This document shows, piece after piece, positions 1 through 11,476 of a stretch of DNA of 64,000 nucleotides; the first letter of the stretch is position 1; each line of letters opens with the position of its first letter. The notes beneath the pieces are model-generated. The model had not been told where the DNA came from. It made no database searches and was given only the letters and a program-made list of their open reading frames with translations. Origin of the DNA: Pelomyxa schiedti (Eukaryota > Protista > Evosea). A program made the translations under genes and the position numbers. The stretch covers positions 1-64,000 of the forward strand of contig JAHLWZ010000193.1 in assembly GCA_020536535.1 (NCBI GenBank). Reading direction: 5' to 3'.

Positions 1-2235
1 GTGGAGGTGGTGCTGGAGTAACAGTAGATGTAGAGTCATTTTCCAAAGGAATTTGGGTGTTGGGTTGCAGCTCCAGTGAAGGATCTTTGGTTTTAACAGC
101 ACCATCAAGGCTGCTAGATTTCTCTGGTGTACCATATCCACATGCTATCCCGGCACTGATACTATGGGAATGTTCCACAATTTCATCTACTGGGCTGGAG
201 CCGTGCAAATTCAGGGAAGTAGTGCCTTGAGACTTCTGATTGAGATTGCTTGTAGTGTTAGTGTCAGATTCAAATTTCCTAGTAGGATATGAAACCGATG
301 GATGAAAAATGGACCACGTCGTAGATTACCTGTCAGTTGCACCAATTTCTGCTTTTTCACTCAAATTTCCATTATTTTCTTCCTCTTGTTTCTCATTCCC
401 AGAGTGCTTGTCAAATTCCAGGCACCCGTTTTCAGGGGCATTTTTGGATTGGTCCATTTGTCCCCCAATTTCTCTGTGTAGCTTCTGCATTTCCTCTCTT
501 TGAGTATGTGTGTCATCCTCAAGATTTTTTATTTTTTGTTGTTGAAGACCATTCTCGTTCTCTAGTTTATTGATGGATTGAACCAGGCGGCTTATTTCGG
601 CTTGCATCTTTTGTAAGGTTGCCTGTTGTTCAGCTTTTTCGTTCTCCAATTTCTTTATTGTTTGAAAGCAGGTGGAGTGCGCAGCTTCAAGTTTCTTGAA
701 AGTGTCTTGTTGGTCACGCTTTTCAGCCTCCATTTTCTTTATTTGCTCCTGTTGCTCTGTTGCCTTTTGCTTCAATTCCAGGAATTTTTGCTTGAGAAGG
801 TGATGCTTCTCTTTAATGATAACACGCTCTTCTTTAAATTTGTGAAGAAGAACCATGACAGCATCCTTTTTCTTGGATTTGTCTTCTATCTCTTTTTCCT
901 TTGACAAGAGGGGGTCAGGGGAGGAGGTGGTTGTTGGGCTTGCTTGTGAAATTACAGTTGGAGATGCTCCACTGGCTAATTGTGTGGGACTTGTGTTTGA
1001 TGCATTGGATGGGGAATCCTTTTCTGTGTATGTTTCAGTCAAACTGGTACTGAGTTTTGTTGGAGCTTTGAGTGGGGCTTCACTTACTTTTGGATTGACA
1101 GCAACTATTTGGTGTGGAAGTTGAATAGGTGGGGGAAATTGAGGTAGAGATGAAGAGGAATCGTGGCCACGCTGGGAAGAATGGCGATGACCAGAGGCAG
1201 AGGTTGCTGCAGATGTTTCACTTGCCCTGTGAGTATGATGGTGGTGGTTGTGATTAGGAGAAGCAGCTGCTCCCTCCGATTTTTGGGTTAAATCAGGCGT
1301 GCCACTGGGGACTGGAGGACTGGCAGCAGTTTGTGCTCCAGATGAAACTGCAGTGTCTTTCTTGGAATCACTCTTCCTGTGGGTGTGGGTTGATGGTGAA
1401 TCAGTAGCAGATTGTTTTACAGTAGAGGCCGGAACGGATTTTGTTGTAGAAGCCGTTTGCTCTGGTACTTTTTCAGTGGAGTGGGCTGGTGGCTTTGTTG
1501 GGGGTGCAGTTGCTTGAGTCTGTGGGGATGGTGTGTGTGCTTGAACCTCCTGTACAACAGAAGGTTTCTCTCGCTGTGTCTGTTGTGCTTCTGTTGTACC
1601 TGTACATTTTGGAGCAGGGGTGGGTGGTTGTTGGGCCTGGGTAGTTTGAGATGGCGTTGGTGTCTGTGCTGTTGATTGTGAGTGTGATGGCGATGGTGAG
1701 TGTGACCTCGACAGCTCTTGGGCAACAGCCGGAGGGACAAGGGAAAGCAAATCGGAGTGTGAGTGAGAGTGCCGTCTGGTGTGCGTGCGGGGAGCGCTGA
1801 GGTGCATTGGCGATGATGACATTGCAGGAGAAGATGACGTGGTGGAAGATGAAGACGACGCCGAAGACGCGGAGGAAGAGGAAGAGGAAGAGGAACCGCT
1901 GGACGAAGTGGTGGTGCTACTGGACGTGGACGAGGGAGTGGAGGTGGCAGCAGTCGAGGAGGGCGGCTTGGTCACCGCCGCAGCCGGGGGCGGGGCGATC
2001 GCGGGGGGTTTTTCATGTGCCAGGAGCGCCACCGAGTAAGATCTCGAGCGGTGGAGCTGGGGGGCGGGGGCAGCAGCGCCTCCTGTGCGCGAGGCGTCGC
2101 CACCTTGGTGGCATCGGAATCAGTGGGGAGGGAGGGAGAAAAAAAAAATGGGAGGGGGGAAGATAGCTTACCGGTGCTACGACCCGTGGTGTCTTCCGCC
2201 TCCCGTGACTTGTGGTGTGACTGCACCGCGTGCAT
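1..2235 (-). CDS. Ser/Thr/Pro-rich low-complexity protein with C-terminal coiled coil (3' end runs off window)
   Basis: ATG at 2235 (MHAVQSHHK...). A GTAAGC..CAAG intron at 2171-2104 joins in frame to the 568-aa ORF 326-2032. E/Q/K heptad region at about 480-900; likely donor near 330. Confidence 0.75.
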
Positions 2236-2485
2236 CAAGCTGTCACAAAAAAAAAAAGCAAAATTTTGCCGTTCTTCTTGAACGTGTTCGGTGTTCAGGG
2301 AATCACAGCTGATGGTGTCACTTCCTCTCTGAGCCCCACCGCCCAAATGTGCTGGTACTGGGGGCCAAAGGTACATCAGAGCTGCCAAGCAGGGCCAAGA
2401 CCTCCTACGACCCTCCAACAGCAGATCCACGCGAAACGAAAGTGAGAAACACAAGCAAAAAAACAAGAAAAAGGAGAACAAAAAC

Positions 2486-3981
2486 ATGTCGCTGTCGCCT
2501 CTTGAATCCACGTCCCCCCGCAACGAGGACCAAACACCCCAGCAACAGCAACAACCACCCTCCCAATCGCCATCGTCGTCACCGCCCCACCAACAGCAGC
2601 CACCACCATCGCTCCAGCCACAGCAGCTCCAACTCCAACCACAGCCAATGCCATCATATCACGGGGGCGGAGGCAGCCGCCACACATCGCCCACTCCGCC
2701 GTTCTTCTCACACACAGCCCCCGTGGTGCTGCTGCCCACGTGCCTCTCTTCCTCCGCGTCGTCGTCGTCGTCGATGGTATCCCCGGGGGCCTCGACGCCG
2801 TCCATGTCTGTGGTGCTGGCGCCGGTGTCGCCGTCGCTCTCGCCGTCGCTGATGTGCGTGAGCCCGCACCTGCCCTCCGTGGTGCAGTCGCCCCGCATAC
2901 CGTCGCCCCCGCCGTCGTCGCCCGCGCTGTCGCCCGCCCCGGGCTGCTTCATGATGCTGGGCGGGGGCACTGGGGGCTTGCTGGGCTCCTCCTCGTCGTC
3001 CTCGTCGGGGGCGTCGTCGCTGACGGCGTCGGGCGCGGGCATGGGTGCCTCTGGGGGCATGACATTCGATGGGAGTAGCTATGATGAAGAGTTGAGTGCC
3101 AGCATCCGCTTGTCACTTGAGAGAAGTAGTTCTGCTTCCCCTGAGCCTCAATCTCTGCATTTGAATAGGTTTCTTCTTCTTTCCCCCCACCCCCTTTTTT
3201 TTCTTCTCCTATCTTCTATCTTAAACTTCATGGGTACTGAAGCTTACCTGGTTTTTTTTGGTTTTGGGTTGTTGGAAATTCAGGAGTGGGGAGGATATCA
3301 GTGATATACCACCTACTATTTCTTGCATGGCGACAAAGTTTCCACCACTTGGGCATTCTGCACTCTCCATTGATAATAATGAAATTTTAATGGAAAAGCT
3401 ACAAGCTGTGGCTGCATCCCAACAACGGAAAAGACGTCAGCAAATCAAAATGGTAATTTATTTAAAATTATATATCACTCAACCTAACTCCTACACCCAA
3501 GGTTATGGTTGTTAGGCAAGATTTGAAAATGGTCACTCTTCCAATAAACCCTTTTTACTCCTCAATTATTTCTGCAGGGTGTTGGCAAAATTGCGGCACA
3601 GTGCTGCCATGCAGCACTTGGATTGTACAAAGAAGCCATGGCAACAGACAGAGGAAAAGAACTTGTAAACACTTGGGAGCATTATGGTTGCTGCAAAGTT
3701 GTTGTAAAAGCCAATTCTCAGTTTGAATTGTATGAGTACTGCCATTTTTTGCACTTGGATTTCACATTGCCGTTATAGGGAGACGTTGTTAGGTCAGGCT
3801 CATTCCCTGGACCTCTTTTGTCACCTAGTGGCTGATGCTGGAAGGACACAAGTTACCCCAGGCACTATCACTGTCATGAGCCTTATTGGTATTTCTAAAT
3901 ATCTCTTTTATTGGGACTGATCATTACACAGGGGAGAGTGAGGAAGTCGACAAAATCACAGGACACCTCAAACTTCTGTAA
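2486..3981 (+). CDS. PTH2: Peptidyl-tRNA hydrolase 2 family protein with long low-complexity N-terminus and UIM-like motif (multi-exon)
   Basis: Spliced exons give KM-VMVVRQDLKM..GKIAAQCCHAAL..WEHYGCCKVVVK..VADAGRTQVTPGTITVMSLIG..VDKITGHLKLL*, the PTH2 signature motifs. Stop at 3979-3981. Confidence 0.9.
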
Positions 3982-4229
3982 TGTTTTTTCCCCCCTTGTT
4001 GTTATTATACCACCCATTGCCACTTCTACCAAAAAAAAAAAATTGTACTGTTGGAGATAGAACATCGCACAGCAAGAACTGTTGCAGTACATCAGAAATG
4101 GAAGACAACGCAATACACTGTGACGAAAAGCCCTTTGAATCATCGGAATCGTTTGATTTCCGGCAATTCACAGAGCGGAAGAACAAAACAGGGAAACAAA
4201 TTCTCAAAACGTTAAACAGAAACAAAGAG

Positions 4230-7200
4230 ATGTCCAGCAATCATAACCGGCACGGCACCAAGCACGACAAACATAAGCACAAACACGACCACGACCACGA
4301 CAACGACAACGACAACGATCACGAAGAAGATGCAGGGGAGAAGTCGTCGTCTCATGGGCACCACCGGCACCACAGATCCGGAGGCGGAAGTGGCCTCAAG
4401 GACGAAGGCAGCCACAGAGCCGACGACTACGTAGGAGGCGGCGGCGGCAGAGAAGAGGAGGCCGCCGGTGGTGGTGGTGCGCAGGAGAAAAGCTCCGAGC
4501 ATAGCGGAGAGGGGGCAGCGGCTAGATCGGCGTCGACGTCTCTGTCTTTGTCGGCCTCCATCTCGCCGTCGTTGGCAGCGGCTCTACCGCCTGTGCGGTC
4601 GCCGTCCCCTTCGGGCGTCTTGTTATCGGCGTCGTGCCCGCTGTCGGCGTCTCCGGCGGTGCCCCCGCCGAGCACTTCGCCTTTTCTTGGGCCTGTGAGT
4701 GGGTCTGGAAACCAACTTGGGGTAGGCTTTTGTCAATCTCTGGGAAAACTTAAAGCCTCGCTTCTCTTCTCCTCTTTTTTTCTAATTCTTTGATTCTCTT
4801 CTGACGAAAAACATAGCTCAAGAGCGATGATTCCATGGGAAATCCTTCAGGAGGTAGGACTCTGAGCCTTGTATTGGTATTTTGTAACAGTATTCTCCAT
4901 AGCTACCAGCAAGGAGCTTTTAATGAAGCGACTTATGGAGCAGCGGCAAAGGAAGTCAAACGCAACGGCTGAGGCAAAGCGGAAGCAAATTGAGGAAGAC
5001 CAAAAACAAAAGTTGCTTGCAGAAGAAGCAGAGAAAAAACGAAAGCAAGAGGAGGAAGAGCAGAGATTGGCTGAAGAGAAACGACAAGAGGAAGAGCGGC
5101 TGGCAGAGATCAAACGTAAAGAAGACCTAGCAAAGAAAGAAGCTGAAGAACGAGCAAATAGAATAGAATCCGAAAGGCAAGCAAAAGTTGCACAGATAAA
5201 AGTTCAAGAACAACCAGCATGGGGTCAACTTCTGAGGAAAAAAAGTACCGCCGGAGGATTGAATGAACTTTCTCCACCGACATCTTCACTCGCACCTCCA
5301 ATCACACTCACCCCTGTACCGACACCTACACTACCATCTCACACTCACTCACCGTCTCTTTCACAATCTCCAACTACAGTTCCGTCTCTGTTAGTTACAC
5401 CACCACATGACCTTCGGGCTGCAACTCCACCAGTCATCACAAGTAATACAGCCACTCATCCGTTGAATCGAGCTAAATCGGCACAAACTTTCAAGAAGTC
5501 ATTTGTACCCACAGACCAAAGTGGTGGTGAGGAGCTGGCAAAAAAACTTGCAAAGATGCGTGGTTCCACTTCAAGTTCAGATAGTCAGTCAAGCACACCT
5601 CTCACATGTGGCTCCTTGTCCAAGTCTACATTGGTAGATGTGAAAGACACAAAAGTGGAGGCAAACACTAACGCGTTGAAGCAGCAACAAGTAAGTGTGA
5701 CTGGATTTCCATTCAATGTGAAATTGAAATCCAAAAGTACATCTCTACTAAACAAGCTAGCTGAAGAACCTGCAGTACAACTTTGTCCACCCCTTCCCAG
5801 TAGCTCTGAAAATTCTAGTGGCACGGTTCAAGGAGCAAATACCGTACTCGACGCACCTGTACTTTTAATAACACCACCAGTAGTTGTAGTAACAGCACCA
5901 ATATCACCTTCCTTCTCCCAGGCGATCACAATGGAGATAACAAACACCATTCCGCCTCAAGCAACATCATCAGAGGATTCCAGCCAACATCCTTCCGATC
6001 TTGTGAAAACGGGGATTCCAGAGCTACCGGATTCACACGCCGAAGAAGTACCCCATAATGTTCCATGTCCGAACTCGGTGATCGACACTGCATCCGAACA
6101 CCCTAAGATAAAGCATAAAAAGAACAAAAGGGAAGAACTTGCTGAGACTGAGGTATGTCCGGTTGAGGAAGCTCAGATTACCACCACAGTGGAAGAAGTT
6201 GAACATCACCACCATAGAAAGAAATCTCAACCCGAAATGCAAGAACCCCTCAGACTCCAACAGGAAGAAGAAGAGCAAAGAAAGAAAGAGAGGAAACGGA
6301 GGCATGAAGAGAAACGGAAAAAGAAAGAGGAGAAATTACAGAAACAAAGTGAAAGAGCAACGGAAGAGACACCACCTATCAGAGAAGTAGAGACGGTCGA
6401 ACACCTCATGGGAGAAGAAAGACAACAGACCGAGCAATCAGATGGGAACCACGTAAGAGAAGAGCCTATCGGAAGAGAGCTTGACAGCAAGTGTGCTGTG
6501 CCAGAAGCAAACTCCGCTGATGAAAAACCTCAGCCACTTGAAAATGCCGAGGCAAAACTAGAACCAGAACCCGAACTCGAACCACAACCCCAATTCGATA
6601 CACAAACACAAGCGGGAGCGGAAGTTGAACCTGAAGATCAAGCTCAAGCCGAACCAGAAACTCAAATTCAAACTCACGCGGAAGCTGAAGATCAAGCTCG
6701 ACCTGAAGCGGAACCAAAACCAGAACCAGAAGTTACTGCGATGGCACAATTGGAAACGGAAGTGGAAGTAGTTTCAGAGAAGAAACAAATTGCTGAGTTA
6801 GCTCAGCCAGCTGAAGAAGCGCCAAGGCGGCTAGAAGAAGAGGAGAAGACCAGGGAAGATAAGAGTAAACAAATTGAAGACGAGGCTAGCCTTTTGGAAG
6901 TAGAAGCGGAAAATAGACAACTAACAGAACAAAAAGAAGAATTGAAATGTGTAGTTGACGAGGCCAAACTCCTTCGTGAAGAAGAGAATAAAAAACTTGA
7001 AGAGGCTGAGCATGAACGAGCTGAAGAGGCACGAAAAGAGGAAGACAAAGAAAAAATGGAAGCGGCACTTAGAGCAGAGGAAGAGGCTAAAAGAATTGCT
7101 GAAGAGAAGGAGGTTCGAGAAGAACCTGAGAGACGAATTGCTGAAGAGGAAGCGCAGAAACAAGTGCATGAAATGCAACAGGGAGATCACCAGCGGCACC

Positions 7201-8080
7201 GCGTGGAAGAGGAAGATAAGGTTCAACAGTTAGAAGAAAAAAGAAGCGTGGAAGTTCAAAATGAAACACATAGTGGCATCAGAGATGAGGATAGTAAACC
7301 GTTTGAAGTGAAAGAGCCGGGAACAAAAGTGGTTCTGACACCACTTGAAAATGTGCAACAAGTTATTATACCCTTACACGTTGAGACCCTCCCAATAGAG
7401 GTGATGGATGTGACAACAGAACCCACTCCCATAAAACCACAAATCACCGTCAAGTCAGACTCTCCAGAATCCCAAGTCGCCCCCCAACTTGTACAGCAGC
7501 ACACAGCCACACATTTGGAGAATGCTTCATCACACCAAATGGACCAGGAACCGGTTGTGAAGAATGCCTTGGCACACGCTTCGTCACCTCCACAGCCAGC
7601 AATAAAATCTGTGGAACCAGGCAAAGTCAACACGACCATTGCTATCCTAACAAGTGTCGTGCCGACTGTTGTTAGACGTGAACCAGAACACCTTGCACAA
7701 ACCAACATTGTACAGCAGCAGAGGGAGAAGTTTTTATCACTGCAACCAACAATAAAATGTTCAGCAAAGAGCCCTTTAATACAACCCTCTGCTGTCCAAA
7801 GTGCACGAGGAGTTTTCATGAAGGTTTCCATACCTCCTTTATTTGTTTGATTCCTAACTTCTTTACGCAGACCCAAACCGCGGGACCTAACACTAGTACT
7901 GGGGATGATAAACTCTCCCTCAGTCAGGCGGCAGCAGCTCGCCGTCGTGAAGAACTGCGGAGGAAGCGGGAAGAAGAGGAGGCCCGTAAAAGGGAAGAAG
8001 AAGCCATCAAAAGAGCCGAGACCCGCAAGTGGTTTGAGGAGTGGGAACGGAAGCAAAAGGCACAAGTGGGTAATTCCTGA
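4230..8080 (+). CDS. Large charged low-complexity protein (His-rich N-terminus, ER/K helical tracts, Pro/Glu-rich), possibly cytoskeletal
   Basis: ORFs 3981-4793 (Met at 4230), 4869-7850 (993 aa) and 7757-8080 are linkable by short GT-AG introns. No catalytic motif seen. Exact 3' end uncertain (8080-8121). Confidence 0.7.
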
Positions 8081-8174
8081 AGGCACAACACCACACCAAC
8101 CAACAACCTTGTTATCAGTAAGTGTATAGTTCTATGGAGCAATATTTCTCTTTTCGTCACATGAACGATTTGTG

Positions 8175-11172
8175 TCACAGCTTCAGAGAGGCTTGTAGCT
8201 GTGGTTGTGAGGGAGGCGGTGCTTGATGCAACCGTGAAGAAGTGCCGAGGGAGATTGTTGATGGTAGGGATGATAGCCACCGTGTGATGCTCTCGGTCAC
8301 TTGGTCCTGTGTGTCACTTGGTCCTGTGTCACACTGCTGGAGTTGGTGGTGCTGGGTGCAGTGGCCGACGCTGATGAAGGCGGCGACGATGGAGAGAGGG
8401 CGATGGCAAAGCCTGTTAACCTCTGTGTGACGGACGGATGCGGTCAGCGGTGGAGTTATGGGAGGAATGACCTTCGACGTCGGGTGGCGGAAGCAATCTC
8501 TTCTGTTCATCCAGGAACGTTTTTTGGGCTGCAAGGGGCAAAGCGTGGAACACCGAGTCGACGATAACACCATGAATCATTTCGGTGGTAAGAATGCCGA
8601 AGCTCCACACGTCTCCTGTGTTTAATCTTAGGAACTTAGTGGAAGGAATGAAGAAGAAACCTTTGGATGTGTATTCGTCTGTGAACATCTGTGGTGACAT
8701 GTAAAGTGGTGTGCCCGGGCCTTTGGTTTGCGTGTGCTGTTGTTGGACTGCAGCTTGAGAATTCATTCCACGAGACACACCTTTGAGAAAGTGTGGGGGG
8801 CAGCCTTACCAAGAATAAACACACCAAAATCGCATATTTTCGGAGTTCCGTGTGAATCCAAAAGGACATTGTTACTACTGAGATCTCTGTGCATATAATT
8901 TTGCCTGTCATAGGGAAAGTTTTGTGTTTTGATTTATTGTTGAAACTGAAATACCTGTGAATACCATCCATTCCTTTGGAAACACCAAGTGCAATGGCGG
9001 CAACTTCCTGGAACTTCAATCGTTTCTGTTTTTGCGTTTGTAATGTCATGGATGGGAAGCAGATAAAAACCTGGGAAAGAAGATGCCTTAGACTGCAAAA
9101 CATGAGCTCGGACACAATGAGTAATTTCCCGGATTCTGTGGTGCACGTCCCTAGGCACTTCACAATGTTGGGATGCCTCAAACCACTCACAATCTGTATT
9201 ATGTATTTAATTTGTTTGGTTTTGTTCAGCGAATATAAAAGTTTAAAAGATTTAAAAGAAAGAGTTGGAAACCTCTGCTTCAAGCCTGAAGCGGTCAACG
9301 TTGTAATCTGATATAATCACATCGTGAAGTGACTTTACAGCAACTTCCCTTGATGATGGAACGTGTGTCCCTTTGAACACAGTCCCGTAGGACCCACTCC
9401 CCAGGGATGTTGAAATTTTCAGGTCCGTTTCTTGTATGGCCAGTACAGGTGTCATTCTCACATTCACCTGCAGTTGTTGTTCACCGTTTGATAAATCTTA
9501 TTGTTGGCCCGGTGTTAGCCAATTGCAAGAGAGAAAGGGGTGGAAAAAAACCCGCTGATGGCAGAAGGGATGACAATGACAATGTGGTCCCTGTCAGCGG
9601 TAGTTCGGTGTGGGTATCATTGTTGGAGTTCGTCTGTCTGGATACTGCCACAACCTGGTAGTTTTCATCAACTCCAAACCGCTTTTCTATTTCCATCTTC
9701 ACAATCTTGTTGGAGATGAGTTCTCATGGATATTAGGGGTACTTGCCTTGTCAAATGGACATAAACAGCAAAATGAATCTTGAAATGTAATCTTGTGCCG
9801 GTCCAATGTGATTGAAACTTCCTTCATCACACACTCTGATTGTTGTGTTGAGTTCTTCTGATCCGGTGCTGCTGTGACGTGTCTTTCCCCTTCTGGTTGG
9901 TGTTCTGGAGGAGAAGGACGTGCTGGTAAAAGGGACTTGACCCAAGATCCTTGCTGAATGTGCTGCAGAATGTGGTCAATACCTGTTATTTTTGGTTAAT
10001 TTTTGTTGGTTGTTGATATTGAGCACGGCAACAAACATTACATGCACGAACACACATTCTTCCTGCTTCTTGAATAGCCATCACTGTTTTAGAGAGAGAT
10101 CATTAATGGTTGTGATTAAGATGGGTCGCACACTTTCTGTTTGTTCATCAAGTTCCTGTTTAACTTTTGTTGTATTCAAAGCTTCATTCTGCTCTGATAG
10201 CTTTGCAACCTCGTTTTTGAGCCGACTAATCTCATTTTCCTGTCTCTGCAGCCGGCCAACTGCCGAAAAACAGTCCCCACCGCCTCCAAGCCATTGAACC
10301 ACAATGGTTGGTTTGTCTCCAGGCACTATGAAAACTCCATCTTTCTGCAAAGTTCCAGTCTGGCTGGTTTTTAGCGTCCCCCTATAAGTCGTGAATGTTA
10401 CTATGCCTTGGCCAACACCATCGGCTGTGAAAGAGCCCATGAACATGTCTCCATTTGGCCACTTCTTGGTTCCATATGTTGGCGCTCCCATTTCCCAATC
10501 ACCAACAAACGAGGTGCCGTCGCGTGCCCAGGTTTTCGTCCCCGAGCCATGCTCCTGCCCATACGCCCAATCACCTTCGTACGTGGTGCCATCGCTCCAT
10601 ACCCTCACGCCCTTCCCGTGGAACATGTCGTTCTGCCACTCCCCAACATAGCATCCCCCTTCTCCGCTACCAAAGAGCATGCTCCCTGTGCCGGTTTTCA
10701 CGCCGGTCAAATTTCCCATGGAAGATGTCGCCCGTGTCCAGCGACCTCAAAGTGCCATACCCGTGCCGCTTGTCCCACTTCCACTCGCCCTCATACACCG
10801 TCTCTAGTGTGACATAGTCATCATTGGCGCCGCTCCTCACTTTCGCCATTTGCACACCCCACCCGTGCTTGTAATTTGCGCCGTCTCTATCGCTCTCCTT
10901 CCATTCGGCGTCAACCAGTTCGTCATGGGTCTCCCATGTGCCCTTGGCCCACGCGCCACCACGCCACAGGCCTGAGTAGGAGCCCTCACTGCTGTCTAAC
11001 ACACCCCACCCGTCCCTCTGGTTGTTGAAAAACTCGCCTTCGTACGTGGATCCGTCAGGGTAACACAGAGTCGAACGACCTTGCAACGTAATGTACTGAG
11101 GGCCCCTGTTGGTGGGCCTTCTCCCCCTGTACATTGTTTCGAAACAAAACAGTTCTTCGACCAATTTGACAT
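8175..11172 (-). pseudogene. MORN repeat - coiled coil - ubiquitin-like - TKL protein kinase fusion gene, frameshifted/degenerate
   Basis: ATG 11172; MORN repeats (YEGEW..D.RHG.G) at about 10400-11080; in-frame introns lead to a Ubl-like segment (about 9500-9830) and a kinase (GSGSYG, VAVK, HRDLSSNN, DFG, GTPLYMSPQ, DVWSFG). Frameshift at about 10705, no recognisable subdomain XI, and a 17-nt duplication at about 8296-8330. Confidence 0.6.
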
Positions 11173-11476
11173 GGAGATTTGTGTTGTTCCCAAAATTTGC
11201 TAAACGATGTGCCGCAGTAACAGCAGTTTTTGTGCCACGGTAGTTTCAGAGGAGCTAATGATGCCACAAATTGGTCTAGAGCTAAGAGATGTACAAATGT
11301 AAACCGCTTTCGTACACTCACTTCGTCGTTTCGCCGATGCATTGATGTTTCCTTTTCGTCGTTCAAACGAACTCTTGGAAATCAAAAACCAAAAACCAAC
11401 GACGGTTAATTTAGTGGTGCTGGCGGAACCTTGTTAGCTGTCCACAACGAATAAGTCGAGACCGCAACCTATTATT

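Noticed and set aside
10686-10701. 16-nt GT-AG micro-intron that would restore the MORN frame
   Set aside because: Far shorter than the other introns, and it would delete conserved MORN residues.
10708-10720. GGGAAATTT as a programmed frameshift site
   Set aside because: The required shift is +1, and the heptamer is not in the frame needed for -1 slippage.
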